64,000 nt of DNA, taken from contig NW_027361792.1 in NCBI RefSeq assembly GCF_039654945.1, forward strand, positions 4,278,001 through 4,342,000. Reading direction: 5' to 3'. The position numbers were made by a program, and so were the translations under genes. Source of the DNA: Dendrobates tinctorius (lineage: Eukaryota). The notes beneath the pieces were generated by a model. The model was not told the DNA's origin. It saw only the letters and a list, made by a program, of their open reading frames with translations, and did not search any database. Of the stretch, positions 50,250-64,000 are shown one piece after another (position 1 is the first letter of the stretch; every line of letters starts with the position of its first letter).

Positions 50250-51718
50250 AGATCGGCTCTGTATTGCTCCAGATCTGTCAGGCATCAGCGGCTCTGCATC
50301 ACTCTAGATCTGTCAGGTGTCGGTGGCTCTGTATCGCTCCAGATCTGTCAGTGACTCTGCATCGCTCTAGATCTGTCCGGTGTCGGTGACTCTGTATCAC
50401 TCCAGATCTGTCAGGCGTCGGTGGCTCTGCATCGCTCTAGATCTGTCTGGTGTTGGTGACTCTGTATCGCTCCAGATCTGTCAGGTGTCGGTGGCTCTGT
50501 ATCGCTCCAGATCTGTCAGGCGTCGATGGCACTGCATCGCTCCAGATCTGTCAGGCGTCGGTGGCTCTGCATCGCTCCAGATCTGTCAGTCGTCGGTGGC
50601 TCTGTATCGCTCCAGATCTGTCAGGCGTCGATGGCTCTGCATCGCTCCAGATCTGTCAGGCGTCGATGGCACTGCATCGCTCCAGATCTGTAAGGCGTCG
50701 ATGGCACTGCATCGCTCCAGATCTGTCAGGCGTCATTGTCACTGCATCGCTCCAGATCTGTCAGGCGTCGGTGGCTCAGCATCGCTCCAGATGTGTCAGG
50801 TGTTAAGGGCTCTGCATCGCTCCAGATGTGTCAGGTGTTAGGGGCTCTGCATCGCTCCAGATCTGTCAGGTGTCGGTGGCACTGGATCACTACAGATCTG
50901 TCAATTGTCACATATGGATCACTTAGGATCTCTCAGGTCTCGGTTCTGGACAGCCTCGGATCTGTCAGGCGTTGGTTTTGGATTTCACCAGATGTCTGGT
51001 GTAGGTGCTGGATCTCTACGGATTTGTCAGTCGTCAGCTCTGTATCACTCCAGATGTGTCAGGCGTCAGTGGCTCTGCATCGCTCCAGACCTGTTAGGTG
51101 TTGGTTCTGGATTTCACGGATCTGTCAGGTGTCGGTTCTGGATTACACAGGCTCTGCGAGGTGTCCGTTCTGGATTAATTGTATCTGCCAGGTGACGGTT
51201 CTGGATTACACCGGACCTGACAGGTGTCGGTTCTGGATTACTCCAGATCTGTCAGTGCTGGTTCTGAATTACACTGGATCTGTGCCGGTTTGGGATTACA
51301 CCGGATCTGTCCGTGTCGGTTCTGGATTACTCCGGATCTGTCAGTGCTGATTCTGGATCACGTCGGATCTGTCCATGTCGGTTCTGGATTACAAGGATCT
51401 GTCAGTGTTGGGTTTGGATTACACCGGATCTGCCAGGTGTCGGTTCAGGATTACACCGGATATGACAGGTGTTTATTCTGGATTACTCCGGATCTGTCAG
51501 TGCCGGTTCTGGATTTACACTGGACATGGCAGTGCCGGTTCAGGATTGCACCGGATCGGGTCTGGATTTACGCCGGATCTGACAGGCGTTGGTTCTGGAT
51601 TACTCCAGATATGTCAGTGCCGGTTATGGATCACTCCGGATCTGTCAGTGCCGGTTCTGGATCACTCCGGATCTGTCAGTGCCTGTTCTGGATCACTCCG
51701 GATCTGTCAGTGCCGGTG
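50250..51718. repeat. Minisatellite grading from a 35-bp unit to a 31-33-bp unit (shared core GATCTGTCAG)
   Basis: CTCCAGATCTGTCAGGCGTCGGTGGCTCTGCATCG on the left; GGTTCTGGATCACTCCGGATCTGTCAGTGCC on the right. Confidence 0.92.
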
Positions 51719-51734
51719 CTGACTCCGCACACTA

Positions 51735-52500
51735 GCAGTTTCCCGCTCAGATCTCGGTTCATCACGTGACCACAGTCTCCCGACACTCACCTGCATGTGG
51801 CCCGCCCACTCTCTGCTCATTGGTTCCCTGTCAGAGCCAGGTGACTGCCCACGTCTCCATGGTTACGGCTCTCCAGCTCCTCCCATAGCGTGACGCAATG
51901 CATGCCGGGCACGTCACGCACCGACTGGGCGCCGCGGTGTATGCCGGGAACAGAGAGGCGGCCTGAGTGAACCGGGACACCGAACAGGGGATCCCGTGCC
52001 CGGCTGCGCTCCACCCGAAACGGGACGGCAGGGAGCACCGGGGCCGGCGCAGGACGTGTATCTGGGATCCCCTCTCCCCTCGGTGCACGGACCCGGGATC
52101 CCCGTCCTCCTCCTCACCGGCCCGGTCCATGCTGAACAGAACCCAGGATTACACGTCAGTGGCCGGAGCCCGGGAGCACCCAGCAAGGTAATGGCGGCCG
52201 TGGGCGCAGGTGACGCGCTCTGCTGTAATGGTCCGGCTGTGACGTCACTCTGCGCGGTATACTGCAGCCCTGACAGGGGCCCCGCCGTACACTGAGTGTG
52301 GGGCGACCTGAGCATCGCTTGGGGCGAGAGCGGCCACATCCTGACCGCTGTGGCCTCAGCTGGGGGACATGCTGGGAGTTGTAGTTCTGCACTGACTGGA
52401 GGGGCCTGGATGGAGGCCATTATACTCCTGAAATCATTGGCCGGGGATGGTCGCCTGGTTCCCTGGCGTTGTGGCGGTCACGACCCGCTGGAGACCCCCT
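51735..52500 (+). promoter_or_regulatory. PPFIA1: PPFIA1 CpG-island promoter and probable non-coding exon 1 (donor after 52187)
   Basis: CpG-rich; E2F-like TTTCCCGC (51739), E-box TCACGTGAC (51762), GC box (51801), inverted CCAAT (51819), CRE GTGACGTCAC (52239). Donor CAAG|GTAATG; the next exon starts directly with ATG, so an upstream exon is required. Confidence 0.7.
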
Positions 52501-52682
52501 GTTCTGTCCCTTGTGGGGGCAATTACTGAAAAGTGCTGAACCCTCAGTTGGCTGAGAGGGCACCTGGTCCAGTGGTGTGGCTGCGTCTGTCAGGGCATGC
52601 TGGGAGTTGTAGTTTTGCAGCAGCTGGAGCGGCATCTGTTGGGACACTGAACCTTAAGAATAGTGAAAAACCCTGAGCGCAA

Positions 52683-53190
52683 ACTCTCTCCTGGCTCCGC
52701 GGCCTCGTGCCCGGCGGGTGATGCCTCTCTCTCCTGGCTCCGCGGCCTCGTGCCCGGCGGGTGATGCCTCTCTCTCCTGGCTCCGCGGCCGGCGGGTGAT
52801 GCCTCTCTCTCCTGGCTCCGCGGCCGGCGGGTGATGCCTCTCTCTCCTGGCTCCGCGGCCGGCGGGTGATGCCTCTCTCTCCTGGCTCCGCGGCCGGCGG
52901 GTGATGCCTCTCTCTCCTGGCTCCGCGGCCGGCGGGTGATGCCTCTCTCTCCTGGCTCCGCGGCCGGCGGGTGATGCCTCTCTCTCCTGGCTCCGCGGCC
53001 GGCGGGTGATGCCTCTCTCTCCTGGCTCTGCGGCCGGCGGGTGATGCCTCTCTCTCCTGGCTCCGCGGCCGGCGGGTGATGCCTCTCTCTCCTGGCTCCG
53101 CGGCCGGCGGGTGATGCCTCTCTCTCCTGGCTCCGCGGCCGGCGGGTGATGCCTCTCTCTCCTGGCTCCGCGGCCGGCGGGTGATGCCTC
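52683..53190. repeat. GC-rich 35-bp minisatellite (GCCTCTCTCTCCTGGCTCCGCGGCCGGCGGGTGAT), ~14 near-identical copies
   Basis: Direct inspection; the first two units carry a 7-bp insertion. Confidence 0.97.
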
Positions 53191-53392
53191 GCTTTGTCTG
53201 GCATTCACGGCCAGTTTTCCTCTGAGGGTGGCTTATTCCTACAGGACATATATGTACAGTGTCACGTTTGGGGACAGAGAAGTGAGTGTGCAGCCATCTC
53301 CACTCCCTTCTATGGGAGATGCATGCACACCTCTAATGTCACTGGACCTATAATTGGGATGAATGTTCATTCTGCCTGTAAAAGGCCTTTAA

Positions 53393-53582
53393 AGGGGTTG
53401 TCCGGTGAGTAGATGTTGTCCTTTCCTCAGGACAGGATATCAGATCTTGGGGCTCTGACACCCTGCGCCGCTCCAATCCAGTCAGCTGATGGGTGGGGGT
53501 CTCTGCCGGTTGTCAGACGCCTACGATCTGATATTGATGACCTAAGGATGTGCCACTGACATCTACTGATTGGACAACCCCT
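53393..53582. mobile_element. T2/Kolobok-type MITE
   Basis: TTAA TSD; 24-bp TIR AGGGGTTGTCCnnnnAGTAGATGT. Confidence 0.88.
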
Positions 53583-55706
53583 TTAAATCTTTATTCTCCT
53601 GCTCTTTCTAGAATGGCAGCTCCTATTATACCTTGTGGAGAGGTGAGGTAGTAGTTTTTTTTTTTTTGGAGATCATTTTTTCTTTTTTCTGCTGGGATTA
53701 CGTGGTGACACTTGATGATTTTGACTGTGGTCTCATACAGGCAAGAGAAAACTGCACTTTCCAAAAAAAAACCTGTTGACTTCTCGTAAAGATTTCAGAC
53801 GGTTTGATCAGAGGGGTTCCGGGCGTGGAGACCCCCAAAATCTGAGAGGCAGCAAAGATGGCTCAATAAAAAGTAGAAGCCTTGTCATCAGTCTTAGGAG
53901 GAGAGATAATCGTGGTTGAGCTTTTCCTGATTTCTGCACTCAAAGGGGGTCTCTGCATATCAGACCCCCAGCAATCAAAACTTCTGAGATGTCAAAACTT
54001 TCCTTTAAAATTAAGTTGCTTTTTAACTTGCCTCTTCCAACACGACCGCACTCACTCTCATTAGCTGCAACATTGCAATCTTAAAGGGGTTTTCAGACAC
54101 CCCATATTCCTCTGCAGTTTGGGTCTTATCGGTTCAGCACTGAGTCTCCACCTCTGCTCCCAGGATCTGTTATGGTCTGCAGCGCTGATGTCATGTTGAC
54201 AACACTGCAGGCAATCGCTGAGCTCAGCAGCCATGATAGACTCATGCCATCAAGTTGGTCCGAGCAGCTGATCTCAGTGATTGTCTGCAGTGCTGTCGAC
54301 AATTGAAGTCTTTAAGAGCCACGTTGAAAGTTAAATACCCGGTATACTGGTCAAGGCATTGCCCATGGTAGGAAAAACATTGCTGCTTTCTTCCAAAAAC
54401 ACTGCAACCCCTGTCCGGAGGTCGTGTGTAGTATTGAGGTTCAGCGCTAGATCTGAACTCCAATATCAATCACAACCATGCACAGGAGTGGCGCTGTTTT
54501 TGGCAGCCATTTTTTTTCTAATTCTGCACATCTCCTTTACGGTGTTTATAGTTTTATTTATTTATTTTTTTTTTGCTCCTTCAGATGTGTTGGCCGTCTA
54601 ATAGATGTGAAAATGTGACGGATCCTCTCCTGTCCTAAGTATTGGGTCACTTTATAGCAATCCTGCGTTCTCCCATTATAGTGACCCCGTACGAATGCTT
54701 ATATTTTTCAGCGGGTCTGTGTAGGGTTTTGCACCATCACCTGTTAGTGGGAGCTGGACTTTTATCCCTGTCTGCTGATATCTTGAGCAGTGGGGAGATA
54801 ATTGCAGATAAGTGTTGTTCAGAGGCCATCAATGTATTTGCTGTGTACATTGATCAGCTGTGGTGCGTGGATCTTGAGACACTGCATGCGTGGATGTTTT
54901 TGCGCTGTGTGCAGGAATCTTGGCACTTGTGTGCTGTGTGTCGCGTGCGTGGATCTCCGGAGCATTGGCGGGTCGGTCCCTGCGCCGGTGCCTTGCGCGC
55001 GTCGGTCCCCGCACCGGCGCGCTCTGCCTGCCACTTAAGAGCGGTGGGATTGGCGCTGCCATCCTATTATGTAATTGCATTTTTTTGCACTATGTCATCA
55101 GATGGATAATTGACCGGTATTTTCCGGCTTGTAATTACGCCTTCTCATACCACAGCGGTGATTTCTGTGTTTTGCAGGTGGTATATTCTCATTTTCTGGA
55201 TGTTTTAGGACTGAGTAGGACATAATGAATTCCTCATTAGCTGTAGTGCTGGTGTAATAGTCTCGGTGGTCTGACCTTTAGAACTTGGGTGTGTTTTGTT
55301 TACACCTTGTTGAAGGTTTAGGTGGCTCAGCTGGAGATGTGCATGGAAATTCTGGTTGCAGAGGTGCAATTCGCTTGCATAGGAGACAATTGACTTGGTG
55401 CTGATTTTACTACTGAAATTCTCATCAAATCCGAGATGTGGGACTGGGTCATTATTTCAGATTCTGCATAGTTCGGGCCAGCGGCTCAGCCCTGCCACCG
55501 GCCCGAGCTGTCAATCTTCTGGAGCGCACTGACCCCCAACAAGCAGGAAGCTGGGATGCAGGGGAGCGGCGCACTCCAAATGGTTGGAGCGAGAGAACTC
55601 CCGCCACTATTTACAATAGGAACCATGTAATACTTAATTTCTCATGTAGGGGCGCTGCAGGGAATTTGAAAACTTGCTTCCAGGTTTCCTCCATGGCCCC
55701 TGTATA

Positions 55707-57322
<1,616 letters not shown>

Positions 57323-57538
57323 TAATTATGAAGCACTGTCTAATAGCAATGGATTGATACAACTGACCCTAATAGAAGTCATGACCCTCAATCCTGGAAG
57401 TCACATAGACTTTCATCCAACTTTCCCGAGAACCGATATAACGAAGAAAAGCCTCATTTGGCGCCGGGAAGTGCTTTGCGATTGTTTTGCTTCACGATTT
57501 GTGCCAGTCATCCTAATCCTGCCATATTCTCTTTTTAG

Positions 57539-57802
57539 ATGATGTGCGAAGTGATGCCAACCATCAGTGAAGCTGAGATGCCTCCAGGGGGGAACGGCAG
57601 CCATGGATCAGGCTCGCCCCTACAGACGGACTCCGATTCCCACTTTGAGCAACTCATGGTTTCAATGCTAGAAGAGAGAGACCGGCTGCTGGACACGCTG
57701 CGAGAGACCCAGGAGACCTTGGCACTAAATCAGGGCAAGCTGCATGAAGTCACCCATGAGCGGGACTCGCTACAGCGGCAGCTCAACACGGCGCTGCCTC
57801 AG
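57539..57802 (+). CDS. PPFIA1: Liprin-alpha-1 first coding exon (88 codons); gene continues beyond the window
   Basis: [13 protein letters not shown]...[29 protein letters not shown]...[15 protein letters not shown]; acceptor TTTTTAG|ATG, donor CAG|GTAGGT; synteny with FADD identifies the paralog. Confidence 0.96.
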
Positions 57803-60800
57803 GTAGGTGCCGCCAGTCCCTCTGAGGGACCACCAATGTCAGCGATGAGAGCGGATGGACGTTACCTGTGAGATCTGCTTTCTGGTTATAAGTGGCGCCC
57901 GGCAGCCACCTATCGGGGTCGTTGTGGGGCGCACAGCCTATGCTTTATACTTCACCACTTAAAGGGGTATTACCATTGTATTGCTATTTTATAACTCTGG
58001 GACCCCTGAGAATGATGCAAAAGCAGAGTTGTGGTTCCTGTGCAGAGGAAATGCTGCACAGGGGACACAACACTGCTTCTGTTTTCTCTGGAGCCGTGGG
58101 GTTCTCTTAGGTAATTACGCCATAGTGGATTGTAGTGATATGCCCCATCATCTTCGGGAGCGGCGTTCAATGCTGCATAGCAGTCCCAGTTGTAGCAGAG
58201 CGGGCATCTTTCCTCAATGATGTAGCTTTGGCAGAATTAGTGAGAACGCCTACTTGGGTGGAGGAGGTGGTCTTCAGCCCGGCTGCTTATGAGGCTGAGC
58301 TTTTCCATTGTTCAATTATCCCGTAGATTATAGCACGGTTATGAGGAGGAAAGTCTCTGGAAACAAAGGGTCCAGCTACTAACCAAGCGCCCGGTGTATA
58401 CAGCGTGGAATTAGGCGCAGGGTCTCATATGAGTTGAGTAGAGTCGTCTGCAATCTGTGACTCAGTTTCATAGCAGCTACAATGTGAAATGGGAGGGCAT
58501 GATGGGAGTTGTAGTGTCACGAAAGCTGGAGCGCTGCAGAATGGAGCCCAAGGTTCTTGGGAGATTTCCAGTCAGCCCTCCTGGTCTCCTCTCCATGTAT
58601 TACAGTTGCTGAACTAGTAACTCCATCATAGTGTTAATAATTGCGGAGAGGATTTGGGGGAGGGCGAGTACGTACCACGTGCCGATACCATCCAGACGCA
58701 CATACTATTGTGATCTATGCGCTGTCCGCTCTGATATTACCCCCACAGCTACGTACAAGCCCCTGTCAGCTCCATTGATGTCAGCGGGATCTGTCGGGTT
58801 ATGTTGGGTCACGTTTGTGTTGGGGGGGCTTGTGTCTCACAATCCAGCACACGGTAACGACTAGTGTTTTTGTTCCCCCGGGGGTCTATTTGTCTTGCAG
58901 CATCTGACAATATGGCCACACACATGATCACTTACCCTAAGACTTAGTTTACATTAGTCATTTTTGATGCCTGCAGCAGTTTTCTTGCTGTCATTTGAGT
59001 CTTGGACGGATCCCATTCCCTGCCGGTTATCGGCGATGCATCTGCCGGCTTTTATAGACTGTTTCTTCCTCCGTCTGTGATCGTAGCTCTGAAGGAAACC
59101 TGTGGGTGATGGGACAGGACCGCCGCAGTCAGGAGCAGTGAGGTGTGATAACGAGATCCTGGAGATGGGAGAGAATAGGAGGCCGGGCCCCGGGGCCGCT
59201 CTTCCACCACTTATGTCAGGGCAATCAGTGCTTATGTTCAGTGACAGAACGATGGAGGCGGCCGGAGGGTTTTGTCAGCCGTTCTCCGCGCCGCTCCTGG
59301 GATTACTCTCTGCTGTCATCACATTCTTATTCAGCGCAAGGCAAGGTGTCTGATCGTCTCTCAGCCGGGAACGGAGCGGAGTTATCCCTGCTGCTTCTGG
59401 AACGATTAAGTCACCGAATCATGCAAATTTATTCTTCTGAGTAGATGGTTATCGATCCAAGTGCGAATATTCTGCAGACGCTGCGCGCCGGCTATGTGCT
59501 CCCATTAACCCCTTCCCAAACCTTGATGTACAGTTATGTCACAGGAGGCGCCTGGTGGCCAGTCCCCCGAGGGCGCTTAAAGATGATTGTTCTCGGCAGC
59601 ACATCGTCTGTGTAAGCAAAGTGCTTCCAAGAACAATGATTTTCTCTATGCACAGGACGATCATAATACAGCTGTTTCCTGAAAAGACTGCGGCCACTTC
59701 TCAACCATGTTTTTGCCTGTAATTTTTTTTTGTTATGGAGGGAAGATGGACGGCACCACTGCTTGTGCCTATGTCCAGTTTTTCACACGCTCTGCCATCA
59801 GGCTCTTTAAAGGGGGCACTGAAGGGGTCCCGTTCTTGCGCGGCTGCTTGGTGGGACGCCCCTTTTGCGGCCTTTCCTGCGTTGTAGTTGTTCAGGCGAT
59901 GCCCGACCTTCTGCAGATCCTTAACATCAATTACCATTCTGCAAAACATAGAGGACAGATCTGTTCATTCAGGAATAGTACGAGGCCCGTGCCGCAAATC
60001 AACCCGATGAACATGACGGAGATGTGACTGTAATTTCTCTCTGCCCCCCTCGTGATGTGACGGGCCCTGCCCTGAGCATAAACCAGATTATCCTGAAATA
60101 CCGTCGCTCCTCCAGCTCTGCAAAATGAGCGACACTAAGGTGTCCCCTACCTGCAGGATTAGGACATCAAAGATCCCAGCAGAATTTGTGTTTGGAGTCT
60201 TTTTTTTTTTTTTTTTCTTCTTCCCTGTAACTCATGATTTTGGAAGGGGTTAAAAATGCAGTGGAATGAGCCGGCACCAGAAGAAAATGAATAGTCAGTT
60301 CTAGGTGTGAAGTCGACTTCAGAGACCATTTAATAGAGTCCATATGTTTCTGCTGCGGCAGCCCAGCGAGACGGGGGAGGAGGGCTGTTGTGTCTTTGAC
60401 CCACCTTTTTTTTTCTTTTTTTTTTTTTCCTTCTAAGAATTTTCATACATTTATTTTACTTGGTCTCTCACTCGCTCCAGAAATATGAGCCAGGTCCGCT
60501 TCGTTCTCTCCAAAACGCGTCTACGCTTGGCTGAGCGGAGGTTCGTGCAAACTGAGGAGTTGGCAGAGATGGTGGGCGGCCGGCCGGCCGTGGTTGAATG
60601 TGCGTTCCCAGCTTTAGTGATGAGACTCCATCTTTTCTTACCGTTCCAAAGATAAGGGTTGTATCGGGCAAGATGTCTGTCAATGCAGCTAAGAAAGGGG
60701 ATGGCATACTGATGGCTGGGGTTCAAACAGTCGCCATCCCCCCCGAGTGGAACTCGGCACCGCCCCGTCTGATGGGAGCGGAGGTCGAGCATGTGCACTA

Positions 60801-62359
60801 TTGCCTATGGAACCACTGGAGATATCCAAGCGCTGCGCTCCCTCTCCGGCTGTCCCAGACCTGCGCTCCATTGAAATGGTGGTCTGCAGAGTCCTTTCTT
60901 GACGAAGATAGGAGCGTCAGGATGCATGCGCCATTGTCTACCTGATTGGGCGCTTCTTTAGACTAGAATACATTTTTATGTCAAGAGGACGTCAGTCAAT
61001 AGGAAACAAAAAAATTCTCCCCAGAAACGGCGCCCTCCGTGTTTGTGGGCAGCACCTGGTATTGCATCTCGGCTGCAGTCCCTCGAATACGTGAAGTGCG
61101 GTTTATTTTTTTTCTTGTGGGCCTATAAAGCAGACCCCCTTCTTTCTTATCCTTTATAATCCCTTTATGCTTATTATTAAAGTTCTTTTCAGGGTTTCTC
61201 CATCTGAATGGGTGGGATACCCTTTATTTTCGGCGTGTGTGTGTTTCTAGGGGGGTCTTCCCTCCCTGGTCCGGTCAAGGGTCTTGCCCAGAGAGTCTAC
61301 AGATGTGAGAAATGTGTATTAGGCCATAAATTGCAGACTAGATTAGGCCATCGCTGCAAAAAATAGTTTGGTCCCTTGTGACTTTAATCCACAACTAACT
61401 CCTTTTTTTTTTTTTTTTGTGGAAATTCTTTTTTTTTTTTTTCCTTGCAGGTAGATGTCCTCTGGAGGATCGAGGATGGACCCCTTTAGGTGCTCGACAG
61501 TCCACCCCCCCCCCCCCAGCCTGTGATGGCTGATAACAGGGAGCACAAGATTGCATTCCCCAGCGCCGTTGACACTATCCCTTTAAATGATTTAGAGGCT
61601 TAATTCCCTTTATTTAGTGTGTGGGCGCTCGCTGCTATTAATAGCAGCGGATGAGCAGTGCGGTAAATGACAGTGTACGGCGGTCATGTGGTGTAGCAGT
61701 GCCGAGTGTGTGCACACCGTCTAATGACACTTTCGGGGCCACAGCAGAACTTTTGCTTTTTGTTTGGGTTTGCTCTGGTGCCCGCTGTGTTACTTTCCTA
61801 CGTGACATCCGTCCAGTCCGTCATTTTATTGCCCATAGTGCAGACAGATAGCAGGTTTTCTCCCGGCAGGAGGTTATTGCTCGTACAGTGGCGCCTTTGT
61901 TTTGCAGCGCGGTAAAGCAAATTCTTTCCTGGACTCTGTGCCAGACGGCCAACGTCGGAGTCAATTTTTGTGATTTTTTTTTTTTTTCTTTTTTTTTGTG
62001 TGTTTTGTAGCTTACAGCTTGTTACAAGGCCTAAGAGGAGTCTCCCACCAGCGAAGGGGCTAATCCCATTATTAAAACGCTGTGTCCGGACGGCGTGTCA
62101 GGCTTTCTGCTGAACAGATGGTCACAGGTTTGGTTTACAGCCAAGGGCTACGGCAAGAACACAGCTAGCCTTGTGTGTCCGGCTGACTCTCCTGTGCACC
62201 TCTTGGATTGCGGCTTCGTACTCATCCAACTGAAATCCTGGTATAGCCATAGAGGTAGAAGAAGTCTCTGCCTCCTTCACCCCTGAAAAAAGAGATAAGG
62301 CTGAAGGCCAGTTTAACAAGCGCTTATATCACCAATGCAGACCTCCTAGGGCCGGTGGA

Positions 62360-63081
62360 TCGCTGGTATCATACTGCTGTCCTCGTACAGTCGGCATATT
62401 CTCGGCAGCATGTCTTCTGTGTACATTGCTGATATCGTACTGCTGTTCCCGTACAGTCTGCATATGCTCGGCAGCACGTCTTTTGTGTACATCGCTGGTA
62501 TCATTCTGTAGTCCGCATACAGTCGGTATCTTCTCGGCAGCACGTCTTCGGTGTACATCACTGGTATCATACTGCTGTCGCCGTACCGTCTGTGTATTCT
62601 CAGCAGCACGTCTTCGGTGTACATCACTGGTATCATACTGCTGTCGCCGTACCGTCTGTGTATTCTCGGCAGCACGTCTTCTGTGTACATCGCTGGTATC
62701 GTACTGCTGTCTCCGTACAGTCTGCATATTCTCAGCAGCACGTCTTCTGTGTACATCGCTGGTATCGTACTGCTGTCTCCGTACAGTCTGCATATTCTCA
62801 GCAGCACGTCTTCTGTGTACATCGCTGGTATCGCACTGCTGTCTCCGTACAGTCTGCATATTCTCGGCAGCACGTCTTCTGTGTACATCGCTGGTATCGT
62901 ACTGCTGTCTCCGTACAGTCTGCATATTCTCGGCAGCACTTCTATGTACATCTCTGGTATTGTACTGCTGTTCCCGTACAGTATGCATATTCTCGGCAGC
63001 ACGTCTTCTGTGTACATCGCTGGTATCGTACTGCTGTCCCCGTACAGTCGGCATATTCTCGGCAGCTCGTCTTCTGTGTAC
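62360..63081. repeat. 66-bp minisatellite, ~11 copies, in PPFIA1 intron
   Basis: Unit CATATTCTCGGCAGCACGTCTTCTGTGTACATCGCTGGTATCGTACTGCTGTCTCCGTACAGTCTG. Confidence 0.96.
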
Positions 63082-63747
63082 TCTGAGAGATGTGCTGCCG
63101 CAATAACGATATTGCCAAAAAAATTATTGAGATCGAGCGATCAGCTGACTTTTCAGCTCTACAGTATTTTTAGAGCGTTTGGACATTCCTTGTTAGACAG
63201 TCCGCTGATGATCACTGGGTGTTGGGTACAGTTGTAAAATATGTGGAGAAATCCAGGATCCTTGTCCCTGCAGCGCCCCCGCAGGCTGAAGGAGATGTTA
63301 CCTTGTTCTAATTTAAGTCAATGGGCTCTCTGTGTAATTTGTGGACATGAATTTTAGTCACTCCCTGCTCCAACTAATTGGTGTGATCCCTGAATGGGGA
63401 GAGGGGTTTGCTCACTATGAACTTGGTATGTTTTAAAATCAGTTTTCTAAAGTAGATTTTCACTTTAATATACAAATATATGTTGCATTTTCAATTTACC
63501 TTTTGCAAAGTCTGTGCTTGCATTCAGTGAATGAATTCATGTCTTTAAGCAGAAGGCAGGCTACTTTTTGGGTAGTATTACACTGCACATTACTAAGCCA
63601 TATTGTTGGCTTTTGATACATTGTAGAAAACTGTTTGGATACAAGAGATTTGTGCCATAGATCATGTACTTCTCTCATGAGAAATTGTAGCAAACCTTCA
63701 GAGCTATAGCATCATGGTTTTTTTTTTTTTTTTTTTCCATTTGCTGT

Positions 63748-64000
63748 CATCCAGCCTATATTACTGGGAGAGACGCACAGACCTCATATCCAGCCTGTAT
63801 TACTGAGAGAGAGACACAATCCTCACATCCAGTCTATATTACTGGGAGAGACACACAGACCTCACATCCAGCCTATATTACCGGTAGAGACGTACAGATC
63901 TCACATCCAGCCTGTATTACTGGGAGAGACACGCAGAGCTCACATCCAGCCCATATTACAGGGAGAGACACACAATCCTCACAACCAGCCTATATTACTG
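63748..64000. repeat. 39-bp minisatellite, same family as 1745-4030
   Basis: CATCCAGCCTATATTACTGGGAGAGACAC units. Confidence 0.93.

Noticed and set aside
52590-53208. Arg/Pro/Glu-rich 204-aa and 184-aa ORFs
   Set aside because: Products of the 35-bp VNTR.
57803-57871. Tail of ORF 57539-57871
   Set aside because: Lies beyond the CAG|GTAGGT donor; liprin similarity ends at ALPQ.
60490-60560. AAACGCGTC resembling a hammerhead 3' box
   Set aside because: No upstream CTGANGA box or helix II.
62329-63237. Overlapping 160-240 aa ORFs in five frames
   Set aside because: Translation of a 66-bp minisatellite; no splice or domain evidence.

Overview
Eukaryotic vertebrate genomic DNA, almost certainly a frog (inferred from the protein sequences and the T2/Harbinger MITE, Tc1, CR1 and L2 repertoire). 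There are two host genes, both on +, in the conserved FADD-PPFIA1 order. FADD is complete (two exons, 186 aa: 27098-27374 + 29997-30280). PPFIA1/liprin-alpha1 contributes its 5' end (CpG-island promoter and probable non-coding exon 1 ending at 52187; first coding exon 57539-57802). Most of the rest is transposons and minisatellites, and most listed ORFs are artefacts of these repeats. Highlights: (1) a nested cluster at 12.8-25.5 kb: CR1 carrying an L2, a telomere-repeat-bearing Harbinger MITE and a Tc1, which carries a solo LTR, which carries a chromovirus. (2) The chromovirus has no tRNA PBS but has a Tf1-style self-priming complementarity, a 6-bp TSD and a deleted RNase H. (3) Two Penelope-type fragments carry hammerhead ribozyme cores. 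(4) An IRF-E site and 20-bp repeat run into the FADD start codon. (5) A predicted PPFIA1 uORF stops on the main AUG. (6) A tandem array of CTCF-like motifs lies between the two genes. All calls were made by eye; no searches were run.
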